A DNA stretch of 64,000 nt from Legionellaceae bacterium (lineage in GTDB: Bacteria > Pseudomonadota > Gammaproteobacteria > Legionellales > Legionellaceae): the NCBI GenBank assembly GCA_018061965.1, contig JAGOTG010000001.1, forward strand, positions 16,155 through 80,154. Reading direction: 5' to 3'. Below the pieces are notes generated by a model. The model saw only the letters and a list, made by a program, of their open reading frames with translations. It was not told where the DNA came from and did no database searches. The translations under genes were made by a program, and so were the position numbers. The stretch's first letter is position 1. Each line of letters begins with the position of its first letter. Shown piece after piece: positions 20,108 through 32,529 of this stretch.

Positions 20108-21553
20108 TTAAATCGCTTCAGTGCGTCCATAATTGTCTTCGAAGCGCACAATATCATCTTCCCCTAAATATTGGCCGGACTGCACTTCAATCATCACCAA
20201 ATCGATCATCCCGGGATTCCTTAGGCGATGTTTATGACCTGCTGGGATATAAGTGGATTCATTGGTGGCAACTAAAAAGGTATTATCCCCATTGATTACT
20301 TCTGCAGTCCCACTGACCACAATCCAATGTTCAGAACGATGATGATGCATTTGTAAACTTAAACTGCCCTGCGGTTTGACCACAATGCGTTTGATTTTAA
20401 AACTAGGACTTTCTTCTAAAACGGTATAAGTGCCCCAAGGACGATGGACAGTCCGATGCACTTTATGGACATCATGACCCTCTTTTTTTAATTTTGCATA
20501 GATGTGTTTGACGTCTTGAGCCCGAGTTTGACTGGCTACCAATAAAGCATCTGGCGTATCTATAATTAAAATATTGTCTAAACCGACGACGCCAACTAAA
20601 CGATTATCACTTGAGATGGTGCAGTTGTTAACATCATGCAAACAAACCTGGCCAGTAATACGGTTGCCCTGTGCATCGGGCGCGACGAGGTCGCCTAATA
20701 CGGTCCACGAGCCAACATCAGTCCAACCCATGTCGCAGGCAACCACGGATACCTTTTTGGCTTTTTCCATCACGGCATAGTCAATCGAATTATCTTGAAT
20801 CAGACCAAAGGTTTCTTCCTGTAATATAATTTGCTGTGTCGTACCAGATTGAACCGTGCGAGAAGTTTCGAAGCAGGTTTTGGCTGCGGACAGAATATCG
20901 GGACAAAATGTTTGCATGGCCGAGAGCATGGTTTCTGCGGTAAATAAAAACATGCCAGAATTCCATAGAAAACGGCCTGTAGCCAAATAAGTTTCTGCCA
21001 GTTCTAAAGTTGGTTTTTCTACAAAGCGTAAAACCTCGTGGCCGTTGGCTTCGATATAGCCATATCCCGTATTGGGCTCATGCGGTGTAATCCCAAAAGT
21101 GACCAATTGACCTTTTAATGCCAAGTCCATCGCGTCGTTCACAGCACTTTGAAACGCAGTTTGGTTGGCAATGAGGTGATCGGCGGCGAGTACTAGCATG
21201 AGCGCATCGCTACTATAGATTTGTTGGATATGGAGCGCGGATATGGCAATGGCCGCAGCGGTATTTCTACCAAAAGGTTCAAGAATAAAGGTGGTGGAGA
21301 GGGATGCGGGGTTTATGGCGGCAAATTCTTCTTCGATTTTAAAATATAATTCGCGGTTGGTGACGGTCAATATTTCAGCGACATGCGGTAAGTTGGCGCC
21401 TCTTAAAAACGCTTTTTGCAATAAACTTTGTCCATCATCCAGACGAATAAACGGTTTGGGATGCAGTTCACGCGAAACTGGCCATAAGCGCGATCCCGCG
21501 CCGCCACAAAGTATTGTTGGAATTAAATGCATGATTTGCTCTGATACGCTCAT
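20108..21553 (-). CDS. manC: Bifunctional mannose-1-phosphate guanylyltransferase / mannose-6-phosphate isomerase
   Basis: This 481-aa protein has the nucleotidyltransferase motif ILCGGAGSRLWPVSR. It also has a C-terminal cupin (RPWGTYTVLEE...HHHRSEHWIVVSGTA). The start could be the ATG at 21553 or at 21532. Confidence 0.9.
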   Translation of the reverse strand: MSVSEQIMHLIPTILCGGAGSRLWPVSRELHPKPFIRLDDGQSLLQKAFLRGANLPHVAEILTVTNRELYFKIEEEFAAINPASLSTTFILEPFGRNTAAAIAISALHIQQIYSSDALMLVLAADHLIANQTAFQSAVNDAMDLALKGQLVTFGITPHEPNTGYGYIEANGHEVLRFVEKPTLELAETYLATGRFLWNSGMFLFTAETMLSAMQTFCPDILSAAKTCFETSRTVQSGTTQQIILQEETFGLIQDNSIDYAVMEKAKKVSVVACDMGWTDVGSWTVLGDLVAPDAQGNRITGQVCLHDVNNCTISSDNRLVGVVGLDNILIIDTPDALLVASQTRAQDVKHIYAKLKKEGHDVHKVHRTVHRPWGTYTVLEESPSFKIKRIVVKPQGSLSLQMHHHRSEHWIVVSGTAEVINGDNTFLVATNESTYIPAGHKHRLRNPGMIDLVMIEVQSGQYLGEDDIVRFEDNYGRTEAI

Positions 21554-21801
21554 TGGACTGTATTAATTTTTCATCATCATAGCGCAAAATTTGTCAAAAT
21601 TAAACCATCGTAGACGGGTCAACTTTATTTTGTCTCATGAGGCTCCAATTTAAACGAGTACTTAAGCCGATTTTGTGTCTCAGGGTTACTGCCGCTGCAG
21701 GGATCCCATCGTGCTCCCAAGCTGCGCGCGACAGGAGCCCTCCTGACCCGTCACCCTTCGTTGAACAACGGGAGAGGACAAAAGAAAGTTGATGTTGTAG
21801 T

Positions 21802-21829
21802 CTTCAAAAGGCGCTCCTTCGCCCTAGCC
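21802..21829 (+). promoter_or_regulatory. Possible sigma32-type heat-shock promoter for hslO (weak call)
   Basis: CTTCAAA (21802-21808), a 13-nt spacer, then CCCTAGCC (21822-21829), compared with the E. coli sigma32 consensus CTTGAA-N13-17-CCCCATNT. A sigma70-like TGCACA-N16-TATACT (21831-21858) overlaps just downstream. Confidence 0.25.
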
Positions 21830-21885
21830 CTGCACAGAACATTCTTCTCTGATATACTGTATTTCTTTGTTTGTGATTGCATCTT

Positions 21886-22722
21886 ATGAATAGTTTACAA
21901 CGGTTTTTATTTGAACATGCGGCTATCCGTGGGGAAATGATCCATTTGGATAGTGTCTATCAAACCATCACGCAACAACGTGCCTACCCTCCTAAAATCA
22001 AGCAATTACTCGGCGAAGCCATGATGTCGTGCGCGTTGCTAGTCGGAGGTATTAAATTTGAGGGAGAGGTGAGCGTGCAATTTCAAGGGGATAAACGGTT
22101 CCCGTTGATGTTGATTCAATGCGACCATTTATTACAAATGCGTGGCTTTGCTAATTTTTCTGAGAATCTGACAGATGAAGCGTATACCGAAGCATTTATG
22201 CAAGGTAATCTGGTTATCAATTTGACCCCTCATCAGCAAACGCAAACTTACCAAAGCGTCGTACCATTGATTTCGACTGCCATGAGCGACAATCTCATGC
22301 ACTATTTTTCCCAATCAGAACAATTGCCAAGCAAAGTATGGTTTGCCATCAACGAGCAAAGCGCGGCTGGAATCTTATTACAGTTGATGCCAGGCCAAAG
22401 CAGTTTACAACGTGAGCATTTTTGGGAATATGCGGTGCAGATTGGGGCGACCATTACTGCCGAAGAATTATTAACTTTGGATAATGCAACGTTGTTACAT
22501 CGGCTCTATCATGAAACAGAGTTGCGTTTGTATCCCGAGCGTCTTATTCAATTCAAATGTCGTTGTTCGCATGAAAAAATGCAACAAGTCATTGGGTTGT
22601 TGGGTGAAAAAGAAGCGCAGGATTTGGTGCAAGAAAAAGGGCAAGTCGATATTCGTTGTGAGTTTTGTAGTTTGAATTATACTTTTGATGCGATCGATGT
22701 GGCGTTGTTGTTTCGTAAATGA
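21886..22722 (+). CDS. hslO: Redox-regulated chaperone Hsp33
   Basis: MNSLQRFLFEHAAIRGEMIHLD matches the Hsp33 N-terminus. The C-terminal zinc motif is CRCSHEKM...CEFCSLNY. The ATG at 21886 is preferred over the track TTG at 21877. Confidence 0.93.
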   Translation: MNSLQRFLFEHAAIRGEMIHLDSVYQTITQQRAYPPKIKQLLGEAMMSCALLVGGIKFEGEVSVQFQGDKRFPLMLIQCDHLLQMRGFANFSENLTDEAYTEAFMQGNLVINLTPHQQTQTYQSVVPLISTAMSDNLMHYFSQSEQLPSKVWFAINEQSAAGILLQLMPGQSSLQREHFWEYAVQIGATITAEELLTLDNATLLHRLYHETELRLYPERLIQFKCRCSHEKMQQVIGLLGEKEAQDLVQEKGQVDIRCEFCSLNYTFDAIDVALLFRK

Positions 22723-22816
22723 ATCAATGGGGTGAGAATATTCGTAACTTACCCCTGGGACGTCATTTTGGGCGCGTGACAATAAATCTGTTTATGGATG
22801 AATTTTAGGTCTTCTT

Positions 22817-23542
22817 ATGCAACAGCTGACGTTAAAAATTATTTCTTTAAATATTGAAATGGATGCCCATTTTGAGCGTATCTTGCCTTTTATTAATGAG
22901 GAGCAGCCCGATGTCATTTTATTCCAAGAAGTGTTGGGTAAGGACAAAGCGTTTTTAGAAGAAGTGACTGGCATGACGGGCATCTATACCATTCAAAATA
23001 TTATCGACCTAGAAAAGGTGGAATCTTTTATAGGGTTATTAACACTCACCAAACTACCCATCTTAAATCAAAATCATGTTTTTTATCGAGGGAATAACCT
23101 AAATCCTATCCGGATGACAAAAAATGATCCAGACAAAATGGCGCGAGTTGTCACGATGGTTGAAGTGTGCAAAGAAAATCAAACGTATCTATTGCTTAAT
23201 ACCCATTTTACCTGGACGCCCAATGCGGAGGTCAATGAAATGCAAAGACAAGATTTACCGAAATTGTTTGCCTATCTTGATCGGGTGCCGGAATTTATTT
23301 TGTGTGGTGATTTTAATGCCCCACGGGGTAAAGAAATTTTTGATACCATTGCAACAAAATATCGGGATAATATGCCATCCTATGTGACGACTACTATTGA
23401 TAAACAATGGCACCGAGCGGGTGATTTAGGGATTGTAGTGGACGGGGTATTTACAACGTCTGGGTACCGTGCTTCTAGCGTCGAAGTGAGAGATGGGTTA
23501 AGCGATCATTGTGCGATCATTGCGACAGTATACAAAGTATAA
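22817..23542 (+). CDS. Endonuclease/exonuclease/phosphatase (EEP) family protein
   Basis: This 241-aa protein has EEP landmarks: ...SLNIE..., PDVILFQEV, ILCGDFNAP and the C-terminal GLSDHCAI. There is no signal peptide. Confidence 0.75.
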   Translation: MQQLTLKIISLNIEMDAHFERILPFINEEQPDVILFQEVLGKDKAFLEEVTGMTGIYTIQNIIDLEKVESFIGLLTLTKLPILNQNHVFYRGNNLNPIRMTKNDPDKMARVVTMVEVCKENQTYLLLNTHFTWTPNAEVNEMQRQDLPKLFAYLDRVPEFILCGDFNAPRGKEIFDTIATKYRDNMPSYVTTTIDKQWHRAGDLGIVVDGVFTTSGYRASSVEVRDGLSDHCAIIATVYKV

Positions 23543-23579
23543 AGGATCTCCAGTAGATCTGGAGACCCTAAAGCAAGGC

Positions 23580-24083
23580 CTAATGCGCTCGCGTCTCATC
23601 CGAATCAAGCCAGGCTGAATTGGGTTCCGCTTGCGAAAATTGATAAAAACTGCCACGCATTGCTTGGAGGATTTTTTGTAAATTCGGAAAATGTTGGCTC
23701 AATTGCAAATACAATTCAGCTGTGGTGCGTTCTTGCAATTCGCTGACAGTCAAATAAGCTGCTTTCCCCATCTGGCTGTAATAATCGATAGAGACATGGC
23801 GTCGTGTAGCCAAACCTGGAAAGAGCCCGCAGACCAACAGGCTTTTATCGCCGACGGCTTTTAATTGTTCGATTTGTAATTGGGTGGGCCCCTGAAGAGC
23901 TGTTAAAAAATCCATGGCCGCAGTTGATTCAAATAATTGGGGAGTTTGTGCAAACCGATGTAATAAAAATACCAAATAACTTTCAGTATCTTCATTCAAA
24001 TTTTGGTGCGCAGCCACCTCTGCTTCGGTGACCAATGCATACCACTGACTGATGTCAGTAGGGTGCAAAATCAAGTTCTTCAT
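23580..24083 (-). CDS. Hypothetical protein
   Basis: This 167-aa ORF has a clean ATG and is convergent with the EEP gene. I recognise no family. Confidence 0.55.
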   Translation of the reverse strand: MKNLILHPTDISQWYALVTEAEVAAHQNLNEDTESYLVFLLHRFAQTPQLFESTAAMDFLTALQGPTQLQIEQLKAVGDKSLLVCGLFPGLATRRHVSIDYYSQMGKAAYLTVSELQERTTAELYLQLSQHFPNLQKILQAMRGSFYQFSQAEPNSAWLDSDETRAH

Positions 24084-24249
24084 CCGACTTCTCCTTGATT
24101 TTCTTCTTATTCTAAGTGTAGCAAAGATATCTTAAATATGTGGTGAACTGATCAAAATCACTGCTATAAGATAATTTCTATCTCGTACTAAGCTAAAATC
24201 ATGTATAATCATTCGTTTATAATTTGAATTAGGCTTATTTAAGGTATCT

Positions 24250-26079
24250 ATGATTGAACAAATTAGAAACGTAGCCATTATTGCGCACGTGGACCATGGT
24301 AAAACAACGTTAGTTGATAAATTATTGCAGCAAACTGGATCGTTGAATGAGCGCGGACCCAAAGTTGAGCGTTTGATGGATTCAAATGATCTAGAAAAGG
24401 AACGCGGTATTACGATTCTAGCCAAAAATACGTCTGTGCATTGGAATGGCTACCAAATTAACATCGTCGACACGCCTGGACATGCTGATTTCGGTGGGGA
24501 AGTGGAACGAATCTTATCCATGGTGGACAGTGTGTTATTGTTGGTAGATGCGGTAGATGGCCCTATGCCCCAGACACGATTTGTAACCCAAAAAGCGTTT
24601 GCGCGCGGATTAAAGCCCATCGTGGTGATCAATAAAATTGACCGTCCTGGCGCTCGACCCCATTGGGTGATGGATCAAGTTTTTGATCTGTTCGACAATT
24701 TGGGTGCGACTGACGAGCAATTAGATTTTCCAGTCGTCTATACGTCTGCATTGAACGGTTATGCAAAATTAGATATCGATGATGAAAGTGGCAATATGGA
24801 TCCTTTGTTGCAAACCATTATTGATCGGGTTGCGCCACCGGATGTGGATGCGGAAGGTCCTTTTCAAATGCAGGTTTCTTCTTTGGACTACTCTTCTTAT
24901 GTGGGTACCATCGGCATTGGTCGTGTGACGCGTGGCCATGTGAAAGCAAAAGGTGCCGTAAAAATTATTGATAAAGATGGAAATGTACGTGCCGGACGAT
25001 TGTTGCAATTGTTAGGATTCAAAGGACTCGATCGCGTAGAAATTACTGAAGCACGGGCTGGCGATATTATTGCGGTTACGGGAATCGATAATTTAAATAT
25101 TTCCGATACATTGTGTGATCCCTCTTTGGTAGAGGCATTGCCGCCATTGACCGTGGATGAACCGACCATTAGCATGACGTTCCAAGTGAATGATTCACCT
25201 TTTGCGGGTCAGGAAGGGAAATTTGTGACCAGTCGCAAGATTCGTGAACGTTTGGAAACAGAATTGTTGCACAATGTGGCTTTGCGCGTTGAAGATACGG
25301 TAGATCCTGATAAATTCAGGGTATCGGGCCGCGGAGAGTTGCATTTATCGATTTTGATTGAAACCATGCGCCGTGAAGAATATGAAATGGCTATTTGTAA
25401 ACCCGAAGTCATCATCAAAATAGAAGATGGTGAACAATTAGAACCATATGAACGTCTGACGGTCGACGTTGAAGAAGCGAATCAAGGCAGTATCATGGAA
25501 AAATTGGGTGAGCGTCGTGGGGAACTGCAAAATATGGTTCCAGATGGCAAAGGACGTGTCCGTTTAGATTATCAAATTCCTACACGGGGATTGATTGGAT
25601 TTCACACTGAGTTTTTATCTGCCACTTCTGGAACTGGGTTGATGTATCATGTGTATGATCATTATGGCCCGATGTTAAAAGGCCGGATTGGGAAACGGAA
25701 TAATGGTGTTCTGATTGCCAACTGCCAAGGTACTGCTCGTGGATTTGCTTTGTTTAATTTGCAAGAGCGCGGTCGTTTGTTTATTGAGCCACAGACATCC
25801 TGTTATGAAGGTATGGTGGTTGGTATCCATGCTCGGGATAGTGATTTGGTCGTGAATGTCACCAAAGAAAAACAATTAACTAATATGCGTGCATCAGGTA
25901 CCGATGAAAATATTGTTTTAACCCCCGCGATCAAATTGTCTTTGGAGCAGGCTCTAGAGTTCATTGATGATGATGAATTGGTAGAAGTGACACCGAAAAC
26001 AATCCGTATTCGGAAAAAAGAGTTAAACGAGACGGAGCGCAAGAGGACATCACGTTCTCAAGCCAATACCGATGGTTAA
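24250..26079 (+). CDS. typA: Ribosome-associated translational GTPase TypA/BipA
   Basis: This 609-aa protein starts [26 protein letters not shown] and contains [14 protein letters not shown] and NKIDRP. Confidence 0.97.
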   Translation: MIEQIRNVAIIAHVDHGKTTLVDKLLQQTGSLNERGPKVERLMDSNDLEKERGITILAKNTSVHWNGYQINIVDTPGHADFGGEVERILSMVDSVLLLVDAVDGPMPQTRFVTQKAFARGLKPIVVINKIDRPGARPHWVMDQVFDLFDNLGATDEQLDFPVVYTSALNGYAKLDIDDESGNMDPLLQTIIDRVAPPDVDAEGPFQMQVSSLDYSSYVGTIGIGRVTRGHVKAKGAVKIIDKDGNVRAGRLLQLLGFKGLDRVEITEARAGDIIAVTGIDNLNISDTLCDPSLVEALPPLTVDEPTISMTFQVNDSPFAGQEGKFVTSRKIRERLETELLHNVALRVEDTVDPDKFRVSGRGELHLSILIETMRREEYEMAICKPEVIIKIEDGEQLEPYERLTVDVEEANQGSIMEKLGERRGELQNMVPDGKGRVRLDYQIPTRGLIGFHTEFLSATSGTGLMYHVYDHYGPMLKGRIGKRNNGVLIANCQGTARGFALFNLQERGRLFIEPQTSCYEGMVVGIHARDSDLVVNVTKEKQLTNMRASGTDENIVLTPAIKLSLEQALEFIDDDELVEVTPKTIRIRKKELNETERKRTSRSQANTDG

Positions 26080-26082
26080 GCT

Positions 26083-26964
26083 ATGAAGCAAAAAAAATTC
26101 CAACGTGTCATTTTATATGCGCGATTAGAACGAGAAAACCGAGATGTGTTAGAGACTTTGCAACAAGTCTCTGCACATTTAGCGCAAAAGCATATCGTAA
26201 TGCTGGATCCCGATACCGCGCAGAATTGTGATTTGCCCATCCCCGTATTGCCGCGTGCAGAGCTCGATCCTGATCAGGATTTGATGATTGTAGTGGGTGG
26301 AGATGGTAGTTTGTTGTCTGCTGGGCAGATCGCGATTCAACACCATATTCCAGTGGTGGGTATCAATCGGGGGAATTTGGGTTTTTTAACTGATATTTCG
26401 CCGCATGATTTTGCGCTGGAATTGGACCAGGTTTTACAGGGTTCGTATCTTCAAGAGTCTCGCTCAGTGCTGGCCATGTCTATTTATGAACAAAATACGG
26501 TGTGTTTTGCGGCGCAAGCCTTGAATGATGTGGTATTAAGCCGGGGTAATGAAACACGGCTGATTACGTTTGATGTATTTGTTAATGAACAATTTGTCAG
26601 TCATTACCGTTCAGATGGGTTGATTTTGGCAACCCCTACTGGTTCGACGGCCTACGCTCTATCGGCAGGTGGGCCCATTTTGCATCCTCAATTAAATGCC
26701 ATGGTGATGGTGCCGATGTTTTCGCATAGTTTTTCGGCTCGTCCTTTGGTGATCGATGATCAATCCGAACTGCGGATTGAGATCAGTGCGCAGAATGAAG
26801 TGCCTTTACAGATTTCTTGCGATGGGCAATGCTCTTATTCCATTGCACCGGGACAATCTGTGCGCGTTAAAAAAAGTGAGCGGTCATTACAGCTGTTGCA
26901 TCCTAAAGACTATCGTTATTATGATACGCTAAGAATTAAATTGGGTTGGGGTTCTGAGGGATAA
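26083..26964 (+). CDS. nadK: NAD+ kinase
   Basis: This 293-aa protein has the motifs GGDGSLL and NRGNLGFLTD, plus TPTGSTAYALSAGGPI. Confidence 0.93.
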   Translation: MKQKKFQRVILYARLERENRDVLETLQQVSAHLAQKHIVMLDPDTAQNCDLPIPVLPRAELDPDQDLMIVVGGDGSLLSAGQIAIQHHIPVVGINRGNLGFLTDISPHDFALELDQVLQGSYLQESRSVLAMSIYEQNTVCFAAQALNDVVLSRGNETRLITFDVFVNEQFVSHYRSDGLILATPTGSTAYALSAGGPILHPQLNAMVMVPMFSHSFSARPLVIDDQSELRIEISAQNEVPLQISCDGQCSYSIAPGQSVRVKKSERSLQLLHPKDYRYYDTLRIKLGWGSEG

Positions 26965-26966
26965 CC

Positions 26967-28628
26967 ATGCTTACCTCCCTATGCATCAAAAACTTTACCA
27001 TCGTTGCTGAATTGGAACTCGATTTTGCGGCGGGGATGTCGGCTTTCACCGGAGAAACTGGGGCCGGGAAATCGATTATGATCGATGCCTTGATGTTGGC
27101 ATTGGGCGGTCGCGCAGATGCCAGTGTGATTCGGCCGGGTGCAGAATCTTGCGATATCCAAGCCTGTTTTACTTGCTCTTTGGATTCAGACTCGGCACAT
27201 TGGTTATTGGACCACGATTTGGCTATGGACGACGATATTTTTCTGCGTCGGGTTATCACACGCGAAGGCCGTTCCAAGGCGTATATCAATGGTGTGGCGT
27301 TCCCTTTACAAAAAGTTAAAGAATTAGGCGTGACATTGGTGCATATTCATGGCCAACATGAACACCAAACTTTATTTTCAGCTACGACTCATCGTGATCA
27401 ACTTGATCAATTTGCGCAGCATGGTGATTTGCGGAAACAATTAGCTGAATGTTATCGTCGTTGCCAGCAACTCAAAACACAGCAAGCAGCTTTGGCTGCG
27501 AATGCGCAACAAGACAATAGTCTCTTGATCGAAAATCTCAACGAATGGCAAAGAATCCAACCTCTCGAAGGTGAAATCGAAGCGTTGCATCAAGAACATC
27601 AATCATTGCATCATGCGGAAGCATACGCGACCCAAACCCAAGCGATATTACAAATGCTTCAGGCAGAAGATGAGCTTTGTATTCACCAAAGTTTGCATCT
27701 CTGTTTACAAAATTTGTCGCGATTGCCACAGGACAACCGGCAGGTGCAGTCTGTCCAAAATTTATTAGAGCAAGCCCGTATTCTGTGTGATGAAGCGTAT
27801 GATGAGCTAGACAATTTTGGACAAGCGATTTCGATGGATCCGCAGCGCTTACAGGCGGTAGAAACGCGGATGAGTACCTTGCATCATTTGGCGCGCAAAT
27901 GGCAGATTGCGGTGCAGCAATTGCCGGCACAAGGGCAGGTTTGGGAAGAGGCATTGCAAGACCAACAACAAATGGATGTTCGCAAAGCGCAATTGGCGGC
28001 AGATTATTTGGCCGCACAAGAAGCTTATCAAACGCTTGCAATGCAAATTCGCGCATCGCGCGTGGAATCGGCACAGCGTTTGGCCATGCAAATTACTGAA
28101 AATATTCAGCAATTAGGCATGCCGCATGGCTTGATTGAGTTAACCATGACACCGCTTACGACGATGCAAGAACATGGTTTGGATAAAGTGGAATATCGGG
28201 TTGCAACCAATCCGGGCATGCCACCCGACTTGTTAACCAAAATCGCATCGGGCGGAGAACTGTCGCGCATTAGTTTGGCGATTCAATTGATTGCCGCGCA
28301 ACAGGGGAGCACGCCTACTTTGTTTTTTGATGAAGTGGATGTGGGGATTGGAGGCGGAACGGCTGCGATAGTGGGGCGATTGTTACGACAATTAGGGAAC
28401 CGCTTGCAAGTATTCTGTGTGACCCACCAGCCGCAAGTGGCTGCCAGCGCGCATCAGCATTTTTTAGTGCAAAAACAGTCCGATCTAGAACAGACCATTT
28501 CTCGCATTACCGCTTTAAATACCAGTGCAGAAAAAGTAGAAGAATTGGCCAGGATGCTGGGAGGATTAACTATCACCGCACAAACCAGGTTACATGCTCA
28601 AGAATTGCTGGAGTCTTTGACTGCGTAG
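26967..28628 (+). CDS. recN: DNA repair protein RecN
   Basis: This 553-aa protein has an N-terminal Walker A (FTGETGAGKSIMIDAL). It also has a long coiled-coil middle and a C-terminal SMC signature (SGGELSRISLAI, FDEVDVGIGG). Confidence 0.95.
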   Translation: MLTSLCIKNFTIVAELELDFAAGMSAFTGETGAGKSIMIDALMLALGGRADASVIRPGAESCDIQACFTCSLDSDSAHWLLDHDLAMDDDIFLRRVITREGRSKAYINGVAFPLQKVKELGVTLVHIHGQHEHQTLFSATTHRDQLDQFAQHGDLRKQLAECYRRCQQLKTQQAALAANAQQDNSLLIENLNEWQRIQPLEGEIEALHQEHQSLHHAEAYATQTQAILQMLQAEDELCIHQSLHLCLQNLSRLPQDNRQVQSVQNLLEQARILCDEAYDELDNFGQAISMDPQRLQAVETRMSTLHHLARKWQIAVQQLPAQGQVWEEALQDQQQMDVRKAQLAADYLAAQEAYQTLAMQIRASRVESAQRLAMQITENIQQLGMPHGLIELTMTPLTTMQEHGLDKVEYRVATNPGMPPDLLTKIASGGELSRISLAIQLIAAQQGSTPTLFFDEVDVGIGGGTAAIVGRLLRQLGNRLQVFCVTHQPQVAASAHQHFLVQKQSDLEQTISRITALNTSAEKVEELARMLGGLTITAQTRLHAQELLESLTA

Positions 28629-28658
28629 GTTAGACCCTTTGGACTGCTTACTATGATA

Positions 28659-28711
28659 GTGAGGGATCTCCTGATATGAGCATTTGCTCAAATTGCTGGG
28701 AGATTCCTCAC
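28659..28711 (+). terminator. Nested hairpin between the convergent recN and the Gly/Ala-rich membrane gene
   Basis: The outer 13-bp stem is gtgagggatctcc / ggagattcctcac, with one G.U that forms only in the plus-strand RNA. The inner stem is tgagc-attt-gctca. No U tract follows, so terminator function is inferred from position only. Confidence 0.4.
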
Positions 28712-28734
28712 TACGTTACTACGTTCGGGATGAC

Positions 28735-29280
28735 TTATCTTCTGCCACCGCTCCACAGTTGGCTACCAAAGTCTGAGCCGCCGCCGTTAGTCCCCTGAGT
28801 TACGAAGTCTCCGAAACCTTGGCATAAACAAGTTGCAGTAAGACCTGCCAATACGCTAGCACTCAGCATAACAGCGCCTGCACCAGCTAAAACGCATGTA
28901 GTCGTTGCAGCAAATGAAACACTTGCACCTGCCGCAGAAAGCGTTGCTGCTGCAATACCAGCACATATAATAAGATTTGCGAAGCCTAAAATCAGCGCGA
29001 GTGTTCGATATTTTGCACCAATTTCTGGCGGAAGTACAAAGCTATAGGCAAAAATTCCACCAATTATTGGAATGGCAACCCATGCAAGCGCCCAAGACCC
29101 AGTAAACACAGCGGCCGCAACAGATGCTTTGGCCGTGCCCGTGGCTACGCCAGGCACAAAAAAAGCTCCCACTGTTGCAGACAAAGCTGCCCCAAATGGG
29201 TTGGAAGTCACGGCTAACCCCGCACCTTTTGCGGCTAATGTAGAAAGCTGTATCCCTGGTGAGGCTTCTCGGTGCGGCAT
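28735..29280 (-). CDS. Gly/Ala-rich multi-pass membrane protein, hypothetical
   Basis: The ATG at 29280 (MPHREASPG...) has a GGAG SD. About 180 aa are dominated by A/G/V/T/S hydrophobic stretches. The C-terminal tail is GTNGGGSDFGSQLWSGGRR. I recognise no family. Confidence 0.55.
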   Translation of the reverse strand: MPHREASPGIQLSTLAAKGAGLAVTSNPFGAALSATVGAFFVPGVATGTAKASVAAAVFTGSWALAWVAIPIIGGIFAYSFVLPPEIGAKYRTLALILGFANLIICAGIAAATLSAAGASVSFAATTTCVLAGAGAVMLSASVLAGLTATCLCQGFGDFVTQGTNGGGSDFGSQLWSGGRR

Positions 29281-29347
29281 AAATATCTCCAAATCAATTA
29301 TAAAATGCGCATTTTATTTTTTTCCAACGCAATTGTCAATTAATTTA

Positions 29348-29404
29348 TCATGCGCCAGCTACGCCATCCTTTGTTTCGCTCCGGATGACGTAGCTGGGGC
29401 GTGA
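29348..29404. repeat. 22-nt-arm imperfect inverted repeat in the divergent promoter region upstream of gyrB
   Basis: tcatgcgccagctacgccatcc, a 13-nt loop, then ggatgacgtagctggggcgtga. Pairing gives 19 Watson-Crick pairs, 1 G.U and 2 mismatches. A TATAAT hexamer follows at 29416-29421. Confidence 0.45.
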
Positions 29405-29516
29405 CGAAAATCGTCTATAATCATCTGTTTTTTGCAGCGAAAGGGTTGTTAGTTTGTCGCGCGGAGCTTTATTCCAAATCCCCCCATTTGGACTCGAAAA
29501 TAAGACAAAAATCTGA

Positions 29517-32509
<2,993 letters not shown>

Positions 32510-32529
<20 letters not shown>

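Noticed and set aside
21695-21706. Adjacent PstI and BamHI sites (ctgcagggatcc) in the GC-rich spacer, considered as a possible cloning-vector scar
   Set aside because: The flanking sequence does not match any polylinker I know. The genomic context is continuous on both sides, so this is most likely coincidence.
21681-21800. Assignment of the GC-rich spacer to a named RNA (SRP/4.5S, 6S, tmRNA, RNase P)
   Set aside because: I compared it by eye with the conserved cores of these RNAs. These were the 4.5S GGAA tetraloop helix, the tmRNA ends, RNase P conserved regions and the long 6S closing stem. None matched convincingly, so it is kept only as an unnamed candidate.
24132-24425. 97-aa minus-strand ORF overlapping the typA start region
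   Set aside because: It overlaps the strongly supported typA N-terminus (GTPase G1 motif) in antisense, and it has no independent support.
27538-28074. 178-aa minus-strand ORF (and other 60-90-aa ORFs) inside recN
   Set aside because: It lies completely inside an unambiguous recN reading frame. It is a typical antisense shadow ORF with no motifs.
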